NCBI RefSeq assembly: GCF_001194135.2
Contig: NC_068985.1
Location: 123,490,091-123,554,090, forward strand
Direction: 5' to 3'
Source of the DNA: Octopus bimaculoides
Lineage: Eukaryota
DNA length: 64,000 nt
Positions 34,690 to 48,269 of this stretch are shown here, one piece after another. Under the pieces are notes generated by a model. The model was not told where the DNA came from, made no database searches, and was given only the letters and a program-made list of their open reading frames with translations. The position numbers and the translations under genes were made by a program. The number at the start of each line of letters is the position of its first letter. The stretch's first letter is position 1.

Positions 34690-34830
34690 TTAGTTTCCAT
34701 CTACCAAATCCACTCACAAGGCTTTTGTTGGCCCTGAGCCAAGATACTTTGTAAAGGTGCCATGCAGTGGGATTGAACCTGAAAACATGTGGTTGTGCAG
34801 TAAACTTCTTACCACACAGCCATTCCTGTA
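34690..34830 (-). mobile_element. SINE family B 5' half
   Basis: Reverse complement: ggaatggctgtgtggtaagaagttt...ggttcaatcccactgcatggcacc. Confidence 0.85.
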
Positions 34831-34992
34831 ACTATCCAATATCTAAAGGGTACTTTTCTTGCATGATGACTGACCACGTACACACTTCCTTGCAACTAAT
34901 TGTAGGATCAACAACTTGTATGAATCCTTGGGCATGAGCTTGGGCTTGGGCTTGAAATATTACTTGCCACTCATACATACTGACACACAAAA

Positions 34993-35046
<54 letters not shown>

Positions 35047-35957
35047 TCATGTAGTTGTTCTACAAATACTTAATTATCTGAATGTGAAAACCACAAAAAT
35101 CCTATCACAGACTGCAGCCCATTAATGTATAAATCCAGTTGAAAAAAACCCAAAAAAACCCTGCAATTCTTTTGTTTAGCAATAATTGATTATGTATAAA
35201 TTTCAAATCTCAACAAATAAATGAAGTTTGCACACTTTTATTTTCTTAAACACCACTCCTAAACCTATTAAGAAACTTATTCATTCTAACTTCATCTTAA
35301 TAGATATCTCTGCAAAATTTGCACACGAACTCTTTGAATGCAGATAAGTGATAACTCTTTGCTTGAATGGGCTGCAGACATTCATTTATAAATATGTGAG
35401 TCATTAATAGACTGTACAATGAAATTAGCTGAGTGGACTGTGCTGCACCCAGCTGAAATCTAAATATCAGTCCTGCAAGAAAGCTTCTACATTGCCATTT
35501 GATGTGTTAAAAGCAAGTCAGTGATGGAGCCTCTACATCAGGCATGGATAACCTTTGTCAAGAAGCAGGCCACATAAGACAAAACTCATCATCAAATGAG
35601 CTACACCACTAAAATAATTGTGGAAATTTCTTGTTAGGCATACCATTCAGAAAGTCCCATGGGCTACAGTTTGTCCACAAGTGCTCCATATGGTTGCTCA
35701 GCTTCCTGGAAATAACAACCAGATCTCTCTCAAATCACACGTTAAGGAAGGACATATTGGATACTGCAGTCATCACTGGAATGCTTTTGATCAAAAGCAA
35801 CTTGGATCTTAATAACAACAATCTAAATAAGGTTATATAATGATGATGATGATGATGATGACGAGATGCATAAATTGATACATATACATTATATATATGT
35901 AGTATAGACATAACACATATACGTATACATATGCATGTATGTGTGTATTTGTGTGTA

Positions 35958-36004
<47 letters not shown>

Positions 36005-36173
36005 ATATATATATATATATATATATGTACTTTCCGTATTCCCGAGCGTCATACTAATATATACTTTTGTTATTTACACCACCTGTCCTCATCTGTTGTT
36101 ATTATTTGTATATTCTCCCATATATATATATGTATATATATATATATATGTGTATATGCTTGCATGTATGTAT

Positions 36174-36427
36174 GGACTCTCACTCAGAGTAAAAGGCAGA
36201 CTGTATGACGCATGCGTACGAACAACCATGCTACATGGCAGTGAAACATGGGCTGTAACTGCTGAGGACATACGTAAGCTCGCAAGGAATGAAGCCAGTA
36301 TGCGCCGTTGGATGTGTAATGTCAATGTGAATACCTGTCAGAGTGTAAGTATCTTGAGGGAAAAGCTGAACATTAGAAGCATCAGTTGTGGCGTGCAAGA
36401 GAGACGATTGCGCTGGTATGGACATGT
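36174..36427 (+). mobile_element. Young RTE LINE ORF2 fragment running into an N-gap
   Basis: Open frame [65 protein letters not shown]. Confidence 0.92.
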
Positions 36428-37056
36428 NNNNNNNNNNNNNNNNNNNNNNNNNNNNNNNNNNNNNNNNNNNNNNNNNNNNNNNNNNNNNNNNNNNNNNNNN
36501 NNNNNNNNNNNNNNNNNNNNNNNNNNNNNNNNNNNNNNNNNNNNNNNNNNNNNNNNNNNNNNNNNNNNNNNNNNNNNNNNNNNNNNNNNNNNNNNNNNNN
36601 NNNNNNNNNNNNNNNNNNNNNNNNNNNNNNNNNNNNNNNNNNNNNNNNNNNNNNNNNNNNNNNNNNNNNNNNNNNNNNNNNNNNNNNNNNNNNNNNNNNN
36701 NNNNNNNNNNNNNNNNNNNNNNNNNNNNNNNNNNNNNNNNNNNNNNNNNNNNNNNNNNNNNNNNNNNNNNNNNNNNNNNNNNNNNNNNNNNNNNNNNNNN
36801 NNNNNNNNNNNNNNNNNNNNNNNNNNNNNNNNNNNNNNNNNNNNNNNNNNNNNNNNNNNNNNNNNNNNNNNNNNNNNNNNNNNNNNNNNNNNNNNNNNNN
36901 NNNNNNNNNNNNNNNNNNNNNNNNNNNNNNNNNNNNNNNNNNNNNNNNNNNNNNNNNNNNNNNNNNNNNNNNNNNNNNNNNNNNNNNNNNNNNNNNNNNN
37001 NNNNNNNNNNNNNNNNNNNNNNNNNNNNNNNNNNNNNNNNNNNNNNNNNNNNNNNN

Positions 37057-37123
<67 letters not shown>

Positions 37124-38449
37124 TACATATATACATTATATACTTATGCATTATGTGTATGCATGTGCACTGAATATATGCATTGATTTCAGAAGATAAA
37201 TGACTTATTAAAAATAGTCTATATTTTTGTACTAAATGAATGAATGAATGAACAAAGTCTTCTGTGGACAGACAACACACTCTTCTTTTCCACCTGAGAA
37301 AGAAATACAATAGATGAATTTTTTCCATTGAATATCCAATTGTACTTACAGATGGATGGTTAATTGTAGCATAGAGAAAGGAAGATGGAAATTTCCATAA
37401 TTAATTGATTTTTAAATATGAAAATGTAAAAATCCTTGAACACTGGGTGAGTTGTCTAGTATAAATCTGTGAAGAATCTTGCAGAGCAATAATAATTGAA
37501 GCTCTTGAAAACTGAGTCCATTAATGCATGAATTCTCTTTTACTTCATGTCTAGCTTGCTTATTTATGTCGTTCCTAATCTTTTTCAGTTTTCTTCTCAG
37601 ATGATATTCATTTTTATCAATGGTGATATTGAATTAGATCTACCTACCTATCTGTTTATCTTCTTCCATGCATATCTCTCTTTAGCCTTTATATTGAACA
37701 TTTTGAGCTATTAAGGTAAATGTTACACAGCCTCTTGAATAATTTTCCAAGAATCTACACATTTTGAGTTATACCAATATTCAGATAACTTGTATCATAG
37801 CCAAACATTACAATGATTTTTCTCATTCCTTTGTAGCCTAATCTTTATCAAATCTTTTAAATGAAAACTTTTATTGTAAGCCAACATAGCATAGTGCCAA
37901 AAACTATTTTCCGATGCAAAGAATGCCTTAACAGAATTATATTTCTTATCTCTTGCTCCAAACTACTTCAATATACAATGCAGCACATTTCTATAGACCA
38001 GTTTTCCATTAGATATATCACTTAAGAATCACTGTTTTAGCATATAATCATACTTCAAGGAATTCAAAGTGAAGTGATACAGAAAATGATAAACAATGAT
38101 TGGAACACATAGTTGGAAATTTGAAGATAATTGTATAATTGCAGCCCATTGGAACAAACTTGATGGAAATATTAGAAATATGTCTTGTATTAATATATTT
38201 AAGATTAATTCTTTGAGAATATTTATTAAATATCTTTTTAAAATGAAACCCAGTTAAGATCTTAAAGAAGAATTCAGGATTAAGAGACCATGGTAACTGT
38301 AATACACAAGTAACCTTTTCTCATTGAAGAAAATGAAGAGAACAGAGAACATTTCTTTCCTCATTATATAATAGTTTCTCTCATTCATAAAGAATCTACT
38401 TAGAATACAAGAGTTTCAAAAGTCAGATGGAATATCATTCTCACCATCC

Positions 38450-38610
38450 TCTTCTTCATCATTGAACATGCTTGTTCCATGCTGGCATGGGCTGGACAGT
38501 TTGACAAGCGCTGGCAAATTAGAAAACTGTATAAAGTTCTACTGTATGCCTTGGTATGGTTTCTACGGCTGGATGCTCTTCTTAATGCCAGCCATTTTAC
38601 AGGATGTAAC
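38450..38610 (-). mobile_element. RTE-type 3' end
   Basis: catcattgaacatgcttgttccatgctggcatgggctggacagtttgac; ggtttctacggctggatgctcttcttaatgcc. Confidence 0.8.
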
Positions 38611-38871
38611 CACTAAACAAAACAATTATGGACATAAAAAGAGGAAATATCATAAAAAATGCTATTTCTGGTGATTAGCAGAGTACAAATATTTGTAATT
38701 CTTAAAAAATTAAAGATGAGAATCCAAAAAGAAAAATATTGGAGATGCTGTATGAATGAAATAAGTTATGTGAAACTGAGCAGGCTAAATGGGTGTCATA
38801 TTTTTAGCGTATGCCATTTTTTTCATTGTAACCTCTGATTTTATCAATGAAAGAATTAGAAACTAGATATA

Positions 38872-39022
38872 TAGGTGCAGGCATAGCTGTGTGGAAATAA
38901 AGGTGCAAGTGTGAATGTGTGGCAAGAAGTTTACTTGCCAACTACATGGTTCTAGACTCAGTCTCTACATGGCACCTTAGGTAAGTGTCTTCTACTATAG
39001 CCTTGGGCTGACCAAATTCTTA
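38872..39022 (+). mobile_element. SINE family B 5' half with a duplicated head
   Basis: ggtgcaggcatagctgtgtgg followed by ggtgcaagtgtgaatgtgtggcaagaagttt; ggcaccttaggtaagtgtcttctactatagcc. Confidence 0.8.
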
Positions 39023-40234
39023 TGTCAGCTTTCTAACAAAAAATAAAAATTGTCAAATAATGGCACAAAATGAGCAGCTGTCAAAGTTTACCGTATACCT
39101 TACTACAAATTTCATACTTGATGACCTAATACCAAATTGGTAATGACCATCCTTGAAAAGGAGTGGGCTTCATCAATTTAAAAAATATTCCATAGCTATG
39201 TTGTATGTTTTGATACACTTGATTCCATCCAGAATTGAATGACTAAAGACCAATATTTTCAAGTGTCATCTAACTTATCTTTTTCCAAGATTCCATGTAG
39301 ATATATAATAAACCAAAATACTCCACATACTTTCACCTGTCATTTATCATATCTAGTTGTGAGTTCAAATATACTATAAACATTCTACTGTCTTACAGTT
39401 TGTTTCCCATTGATCAACTTTACTTAGCTGTAAGAAATAGTTACCAACCTTAGGGTAAAAATAAATGACAGATTAGCATTGTAACCTTCTGCTTAACTCT
39501 GCAGAAACCAAATTTGAGCACCCAACTGTATTCATATACATCAGCAGTTTCTATGCATTTACCATCACAGACCATTATGGCAAACAAATAAATTTTAATG
39601 AGTCCTTTTTTAATAAAAAATACTTTAATTAAATAAAAATAGGGCATGCATGATGCTTGATACTTTTCTTGGGAAAACGTAAGTATAGTATATTCCTGAA
39701 CATTGATTCCAGAAGTCTTATTTAAAATAGTCTATAATTTTGTATCAAATGAATAATTGAATGATACAACTGCTTTAGTTAGGAAAAAAAATGTGAACCA
39801 CTGATCCATTAGTGCAAAGTTTTTATAGAAATTCAAAGAGGATGAGGAACTTTCTAAGATCCAGTATTTTATTGTGCTATCAGGAGTTGGCAAAAGATTC
39901 TTTAAATAGTCATATTTTGCAAAGATATAGATGCAGATATTTTACAGCTGGCATTCAATAAGTCTAACTGCGACATCATGATCTGACAACAGTATCTGTT
40001 TCTAGCTGGGTTGATGAAATAAATCCGCAGCACTGTGGTACAATAAATAAGAACTCTGACATCATGTAAATTAGACTGAAATTTTGGGATTGTAATATCA
40101 GCTAAAGGAGATTTTACAGATTTGTTTCCAATTTTCTATAATTGTATGATTGAAACTTGTAAAATTGGATGTTTATATATCTGAAAAATATGGAGCAACT
40201 AAATACTTGTTTTTCCTCATATAAAAAAAGGGAA

Positions 40235-40420
40235 ATAGGTTGATAGAATTATTAGACATTCAGTCAAGACATTTTTATGTTGTCTATTCAAATTCTGTTG
40301 AAATTTTTTTTGCTTTCCATCCTTCAGGGTTTGATTAAATAAGGTACCAATCAGGTACTGGAGTTAATTTAATCCACTATACCTTTTTCTAAATTTATAG
40401 CATTGTATCAGTCAACCATG
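40235..40420 (+). mobile_element. Degenerate SINE family A
   Basis: ttcaaattctgttgaa..ctttccatccttcagggtttgattaaataaggtacc. Confidence 0.65.
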
Positions 40421-40788
40421 AAATAGGTGTGAAACTTGTATATCAAGTAAGCTGTCATTCAAGCTTACATACATCATCTAGGAATCAAGCATATGTGTAT
40501 ATATAAAAGTTACAGTGTCTCGGGTCAAAGAGAAAACCAACTGAAACATCGTGTTCGTAAAGATATAAAAGATTACATATCCTTTTATATACAACTTGTT
40601 TTTGTTTATTTGAAAAAAAATTATCTGCAATGCTGTTATACCTAAGGAATTTATTTTCCTGGGAACAGTTTCTGCTAAGTTAATATGTAAAACAAAAAGA
40701 CAAAATAAGTTTATAAGGCACTGACAGAGTTGGTGACTTTTAAAAATGGTATGCAGGAGTATTAAGAGGAATTTTATACATACATACA

Positions 40789-40824
<36 letters not shown>

Positions 40825-41089
40825 GATAAGAAAATAAATGGAGTAACAACGATTAGAAGTTGATCATTGGTATTAATTATAGTTTAATTGTAGTTAAAAA
40901 AACATTTACAGCTGTTTCAGTTTGTTATNNNNNNNNNNNNNNNNNNNNNNNNNNNNNNNNNNNNNNNNNNNNNNNNNNNNNNNNNNNNNNNNNNNNNNNN
41001 NNNNNNNNNNNNNNNNNNNNNNNNNNNNNNNNNNNNNNNNNNNNNNNNNNNNNNNNNNNNNNNNNNNNNNNNNNNNNNNNNNNNNNNNN

Positions 41090-41131
<42 letters not shown>

Positions 41132-41351
41132 GGGTTAGCTTTGGTCAAGAATATCTATGATATATATATATTCTAAGTAGAGTAGGCTCAGCAATATTAT
41201 ATTAGAAGAGGAGACAGACTAGAAGAAACTTTTGCTGGACCAGGATTTATGGTTTTACAATGCTGTTCGCAAATTGTGTTGAAGAAGGTTCAGCTGCTGC
41301 ATTCTGGTAGTTTGTGAGATTATGTAAAGTCTACAGTGTTGTATGTTGTCT

Positions 41352-42290
41352 ATTTGACTGAGGACTGGTGAAACCGGATGGCAACACCAGGCTCCAGTCT
41401 GATTTGGCAGAGTTTCTACAGCTGGATGCCCTTCCTAACGCCAACCACTCAGAGAGTGTAGTGGGTGCTTTTACGTGTCACCCGCACGAAAACGGCCACG
41501 CTCGAAATGGTGTCTTTTATGTGCCACCCGCACAAGNNNNNNNNNNNNNNNNNNNNNNNNNNNNNNNNNNNNNNNNNNNNNNNNNNNNNNNNNNNNNNNN
41601 NNNNNNNNNNNNNNNNNNNNNNNNNNNNNNNNNNNNNNNNNNNNNNNNNNNNNNNNNNNNNNNNNNNNNNNNNNNNNNNNNNNNNNNNNNNNNNNNNNNN
41701 NNNNNNNNNNNNNNNNNNNNNNNNNNNNNNNNNNNNNNNNNNNNNNNNNNNNNNNNNNNNNNNNNNNNNNNNNNNNNNNNNNNNNNNNNNNNNNNNNNNN
41801 NNNNNNNNNNNNNNNNNNNNNNNNNNNNNNNNNNNNNNNNNNNNNNNNNNNNNNNNNNNNNNNNNNNNNNNNNNNNNNNNNNNNNNNNNNNNNNNNNNNN
41901 NNNNNNNNNNNNNNNNNNNNNNNNNNNNNNNNNNNNNNNNNNNNNNNNNNNNNNCGTACGCATGCGTCATACAGTCTGCCTTTTACTCTGAGTGAGAGTC
42001 CCTTTGTCGCCAGCAGGGGTAAGAGCTCTCTAAACTTTGCCCAGGCTATTCTTATTCTAGCAGCTACACTTTCAGCGCACCCACCCCCACTACTAACTTG
42101 GTCGCCCAGATAGCGGAAGCTATCGACTACCTCTAGTTTTTCACCCTGGAATGAGATAGAAGTTGTTTCCTGTTTGTTTGCAGTCTTTATTGCACCTGAA
42201 CATCTGCCACAAACAAAAACTAACTTGCTAGTTAACCTGCCTTTGATGTTGCTGCACCTCTTATGTGTCCATAGCTTGCACCGGGTACAA
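41352..42290 (-). mobile_element. Young 5'-truncated RTE LINE spanning an N-gap
   Basis: Stop-free minus frame at 42290-41955: [74 protein letters not shown]. Left of the gap lies the same 3'UTR subfamily as 27466-28003. Confidence 0.9.
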
Positions 42291-42341
42291 GCAAAATAGC
42301 AAAATAAGTATCAGAATGAGTAAATTCGAACGGGTAAAATT

Positions 42342-42378
<37 letters not shown>

Positions 42379-42671
42379 ATAGCATTAGAGGAATTATGTA
42401 GTTAAGAAGTATTAACAAGAAGTAGTACGTGTTATCACATGATGGAGAATCATTTCTGTTTGAAGGATTTCTTTTTTAATACTGCAGAATTAAGTACAAT
42501 GTAAGGCAACATTCATAAAGATTTAGGAAATAATTTTACAAAAAAAGACTTGTCTCTAAATAATTTTTGGTATTTTACTGAAGGTGGCATAACTTGCCAC
42601 TACTATAACAGTTATGCTCTACTTTTTGTTTTTCTATCATCAATCTTTAAGTTTTTGCTTATTTGTTTGTT

Positions 42672-42673
<2 letters not shown>

Positions 42674-42722
<49 letters not shown>

Positions 42723-42771
42723 GTCTCTGTCTCTGTCTCTGTCTCTCTCTGTCTCTCTCTCTGTCTCTCTG

Positions 42772-42810
<39 letters not shown>
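42674..42810. repeat. (CT)n/(CTGT)n microsatellite
   Basis: Seen directly. Confidence 0.95.
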
Positions 42811-42811
<1 letters not shown>

Positions 42812-43209
42812 TCCATTTGCTTTCTTCATATTTACCTCTTCCTCTCACAAACCATTCTCAGCTCCTTTCTGAAATTGATTATTTGGTTCAGAATTCCAGT
42901 TTCTATCTCAGTCCATTTAGCATCATTTGGCACAGAGAAAAATTTATGTCTGGTCTGATTATAAGCTAAAGTTTCATCTGAAAAAATCATGTCCAGTTTC
43001 TTTTCTGTTTCCAAATCATCTATCTATATATTAATATATACATAAAGATTTATGAGTCTAATGGTCACTAATTAACTGACTTTTACTTAATTTATATATA
43101 CATAGATGCTAATGTTCACAGTATAGCCATGAAAACAGCAGAAAGATTGAGTATTTTACCATTATATGATGGAAAATGTTGTCAGCAGACAACTATAGAT
43201 GTTCTTATA

Positions 43210-43291
<82 letters not shown>

Positions 43292-43563
43292 CGCATGTAT
43301 ATAGTTTTGAGAGCTGGATATAATGAATAGTGGACAAGAGGTAGATGGATGACCAATGATGATGGGAGAGAATGTAAGATGACTTGGTGGTTCAATGGGT
43401 GGTGGCAATGTAAAATGTATATGGTGAGGACAATATTAAGGATATGGAATGATTATCAAGTGAAATCATTCCAAGTAGGAGGAAAGATTAATAGCATGAA
43501 GAAAAAATTGTAGCTAGAAAGATGTGGTGTTGTGGAGGAAATTTAACAAAGTGCCCAGCTGTG

Positions 43564-43657
<94 letters not shown>

Positions 43658-43879
43658 ACAAATAAAAGGGTAAAGGATTATTAATTTATTAATAAATTAA
43701 TAATTTTTACCAAGCACTTCGGTATGTAAACACCGTTATCGGTAAAGAACTTATTTAAAAGTTCTTATAAATTTATAAACATAAATAAGGGATCAGCAAC
43801 AGTTGCTTCACCGCATACCGAAGTTCAGAAATAGCAGCTAAAGTGCTAAAACTCCAACAGATGTATATATATATACACA

Positions 43880-43971
<92 letters not shown>

Positions 43972-44066
43972 TATATATACTTTTAATATATGGATAAAAT
44001 ATTTTTCTAAAGAAAAATTTTATCAGTGGCCAGCATATCAAAATAACTTTGAAGGTGAAAATATAA

Positions 44067-44392
44067 ATAATTATAAATAAGGGTAAAAGAAAAAATTTCT
44101 ATGCCGATATGCTGAAAAATAGACTTTAAAATTGCTTAACCACATACAAAATTTTTCACTATAAATACACAGCATGCTGAAACAGGGAAAGCAAGCTATC
44201 AGAAAATTTTAAAAATTCATTATTCCCAACCAGAAAGGTCAGGAATAACGAATTTGATCAGGAATAATGAATTTTGAAAAATTTCTGATAGCTTGCTTTC
44301 TTTGTTTCAGCAGACTGTGTATTTATAGAGAAAAATATTGTATGTGGTTAGATGATATTGGCATAGGAAATTTTTTCTTTTGCCCTTGTTTA

Positions 44393-44400
<8 letters not shown>
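44067..44400. repeat. Imperfect palindrome: arms ~160 and ~140 bp, ~34-bp spacer
   Basis: ataattataaataagggtaaaagaaaaaatttc...gcaagctatcagaaaatttt..ttcattattcc versus ggaataatgaa..ttctgatagcttgc...gaaattttttcttttgcccttgtttataattat. Confidence 0.9.
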
Positions 44401-44424
<24 letters not shown>

Positions 44425-44976
44425 GGTAAATGATAGGATTGCTTCAATATCTCAGGGGTAGTCTGAAGTATCCAAGCAACCAGGGGATATTTAAATCCCT
44501 CTTCACCAAAACTTAGGGTTACTCCTCTTTACTAACACTGCCAGTGCTAAAAGTTAAAGACACATGCCTCGATTCTGAAAACAACCACATGTGGAATGCG
44601 TCTGATTAAGATTGGAACTACGAGCTTAAATAGCACCCACCCTACTTCCCCTTCCAGAAAGACTAACACAACTTCAACTAAAATGTAAGACTAGCTTTAC
44701 CTAATGCTATTCATATACTACCATATGCATTAATATATCCACTAATTGTTTCTCCTGCATCTCTCACACCATGAACTCTAACATACTCTTCAACATTCTG
44801 AAGAGATCTGCCAAACCATTTGGCACATCAAAACGTACGTAAATGACTCATTATATAATCTCCACATAATTAAATCAAGGGCTAACTAGCTGAGTTGACT
44901 TGCTTCTTATTGTGTTTGTTTCTCCATTCTCCACATAACTCTATATGTATATATATATACACACACACATACACAG

Positions 44977-45007
<31 letters not shown>

Positions 45008-45908
45008 TTTGAAATCATGATACCAGGTTAATTGGCATTCCTTCTTGCAGTTTTGCAGAGGTATGACGCAATCATTATGCACTTAGTTTTTTTCCAAGCA
45101 TGCCTGTGAAAATCAAGTGTTAATTTTTGCAGCTTCAGAGCATTTTCGACTCCTATTTTTAGCAAAGCTGGTGCTTCATAACGCCCTTGTTATATATAAT
45201 TTTTATTTCATGTGAAGAGATCTTCACAATTATTCAAGCATGCCTCATGGAAGTGATGGTACCCATCTACATTTTCAAGGAGATTACACAATTTTGCATG
45301 AGACTAAACAGTTCATGGGAGGTAACTTATAAGAATCTCATAATTTTTATCCCCCTTGCACCAGTCTTGGATTTTCACAAGAACATGCATTCACCAAAGA
45401 TTAATTAAATCCTTAATTATCTTATTTAAGAACACTTTGCATTTAAATTTGCATTTAATGGAGCTGCTTGAAACGGTCGTACTGCATCATCTCTTGATAT
45501 CCTGTTGCTTATTTTGATTTTATTCACCTTACTTTGAGTTGTACGGATAAAACTGCATTGATTTGATGCTCCAACTGAAGTACCTAATTCAACTGAATCT
45601 AAATTATTTCTGGTATATATATATATATATATATATNNNNNNNNNNNNNNNNNNNNNNNNNNNNNNNNNNNNNNNNNNNNNNNNNNNNNNNNNNNNNNNN
45701 NNNNNNNNNNNNNNNNNNNNNNNNNNNNNNNNNNNNNNNNNNNNNNNNNNNNNNNNNNNNNNNNNNNNNNNNNNNNNNNNNNNNNNNNNNNNNNNNNNNN
45801 NNNNNNNNNNNNNNNNNNNNNNNNNNNNNNNNNNNNNNNNNNNNNNNNNNNNNNNNNNNNNNNNNNTGTAGAAAACAAATCCTAAGATGTAGAGCAGTAT
45901 ATATTTTT

Positions 45909-46088
45909 TACTGGGGAAGGCCAGTTTATGGGATTACCCTGGGTCTCCTGTCCATATAGGGTTTAACTTTTTAATATTTTGGAGGGGTCTTAGGCCAACA
46001 GGTTTTGGGGTCTGACGATACACCATAAAGTTAAACCCTCCATGGACAGGAAACCCAGGGTAATCCCATAAACTGGCCTTCCCCAGTA
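45909..46088. mobile_element. MITE / fold-back element with ~60-bp TIRs flanked by TA
   Basis: TA|ctggggaaggccagtttatgggattaccctggg..gtttaacttt and aaagttaaac..cccagggtaatcccataaactggccttccccag|TA. Confidence 0.85.
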
Positions 46089-46136
46089 AAAAAAATATAT
46101 ATATTTATATATACACACACATAAAAATATATGAGA

Positions 46137-46182
<46 letters not shown>

Positions 46183-46499
46183 CTGCAGCATGAATTTTAT
46201 TCATTTTTGAGTATGTGTATATAATTATTCATTGGATTTCATAGATTTTTGATTTTTGATGCCAAACTTGGTCCATTAAGTTGTAAGTTTATAAGTTCAT
46301 ATACATATGTCTTTCTTGTGAATCATATAATCTCATGAATATAAAGGCATATAAATGCATATTAATCTGTGTAGTCAGGGGATCCAACATAAGTTCATGG
46401 GAGTATGTGTCTTTAATGTATAATGAATATATAAAGCATAATGTGCACTTAAGATCCAAAAACTTACCTAGGATGGAGGGATAGCAGAGTAGGTGGGGT

Positions 46500-47250
46500 C
46501 ATGCTTGAAATTTCAAAGTATGAATTGTTTCTTGTGCAAGGGGAGAAGGTTTCCTCCCTAATATTTAAAATGTTCATTATTAATGTTATAAAAAAATTAA
46601 GCATCATTTTTGATGTTTAATTTTTCTTTGATATAGAGGTTGCACTTTCTGCTTTGTTCCCTAAATTTGCTGTTCTTAGCTATGATGTTTCAGTTTATAT
46701 GAAGGCTGTTCATGTTCCTCTCTTTAAGTGTCCATACTACATTGGATAAAGATGTGTGTCTTTCACTTTTGTCTCTGAACAAAGCCAAATGCTATGTGTA
46801 TCTTTCGTTAAATACATTTCCCATCATTCCAATGTAACTTTTTGCTGTTCTGTTCAAGTCCATGATGCTGGCCTTGTACTCTAGTTCTTTTTCCAGGTAC
46901 CTATTATTCAGAGTCCAATTATCTGGGGATCTACAATTACAGGATCTTTGGGGATGGGTATGGTTCCTAATGTTGTTATACTTATGATTGAAAATCATTG
47001 ATTGTATGTTAAATACGCAAACACACACACACACACACATGCATGCATGCACACACACACAAACAAACATGCGCGCACACACACACACATACATGTATAT
47101 ATAAAAATGATATGAAATTTAACACATCAAAATTTTCAGGCCTTTCATTATGGAGAGAATAGACACAAATCCCAATATTTGGTGTAAGATAATACAATGA
47201 TTCAGAGCAATGATGACATATGGGTTTAGGAATAATCATGTCAAATGATG
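46500..47250 (-). mobile_element. Degraded Penelope-like element (Naiad-type GIY-YIG endonuclease), split by a microsatellite
   Basis: NIQSMIFNHKYNNI..SCNCRSPDNWTLNNRYLEKELEYKASI..KSYIGMMGNVFNERYT*H..FRD..TSLSNVVWTLKE..RKCNLYIKEK..LNIREE. Confidence 0.85.
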
Positions 47251-47259
47251 CATCCTTCA

Positions 47260-47921
47260 TCAGTCACATCACCAAACTGGTCTCTAAATGCAGACATCTC
47301 ATAGATTCATAGAACGGATCCTACAAACCTTCATGACAAGAGAACCAGTAGTTATGCTAACTTTATGAAAAACTTAAATTCTGAGCAGAATTAGATTACT
47401 GTTCACAACTTTGGTCTCCAAATTCATCCAGTCTCATAGAAGAAATTAAAGGGTTACAAAGAATATTCACCATTAAAATAACTTTGGTTAATGGCCTTAA
47501 TTAGCGGGAATGCCTGAATGCTCTGCGTCTCTACTCTCTTGAATGCTGAAGGGAGAGAGATATACTATTATATATGTAGGGAAGATCCTGGAGGGGCTTG
47601 TTCCAAACATTGGCATTAAAGCAAATTTTAATGCTTGAACTGGTAGGTACTCTCAGCATCCAAACATACCATCTTCAAACTCATGAGAAAAAACACTCAA
47701 CTGTACCAGTCTAATATTCAGATGTCCTCAAACATTCAACTGCTTACCCAAAGAAATAACAAAATATAAAAGGGACCTCCACTGAAACTTTCAAAAAAAG
47801 CATTGAATGAATTCCTAATGACAATACCAGAATAACCAACCATTCAATGATACATTCAGGGAAGATCAGCAACTACAAACTTGATCATTGATCAACTTTC
47901 AATCATAAAGCAACAATAAAA

Positions 47922-47958
<37 letters not shown>
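47260..47958 (+). mobile_element. CR1-group (CR1/L2-like) LINE 3' end followed by a poly(A) run
   Basis: ILQTFMTREPVVMLTL..LDYCSQLWSP..LQRIFT..LRLYSLE..RERYTIIYVGKILEGLVPN..FNCLPKEI..FKKALNEFL; A-run at about 47925-47958. Confidence 0.85.
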
Positions 47959-47959
<1 letters not shown>

Positions 47960-48269
47960 AAGGCAGTGCTTCAGCATGGCCACAGTCTGGCAACGGAAAC
48001 CATTAAAGGAATAAAAGAATATATATATTTGTACATATAAAGTCATAAATGACAGGAATATTTTGATGAACTTTTATTTAACAAGAAAAATTCTGTCTTG
48101 ACAAATTTGTTTTGCAACTCAAAAACATGCAAATAACTTATATTATCATATTTAATAAATGAATAAATTACTTACATAGATTGCTTTGGTATAATGGTAG
48201 AATGCCTGTCATGTGTACAGGAAATGTGGGTCCTAAAAACTTTAGGTTTATATCTATGCACTCACTGGG

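Noticed and set aside
45100-45612. Possible coding fragment on the minus strand (RNNLDSVELG.., YEAPALLKIGVEN..)
   Set aside because: Short frames broken by stops, no motif I recognise; at most an unidentified decayed element.
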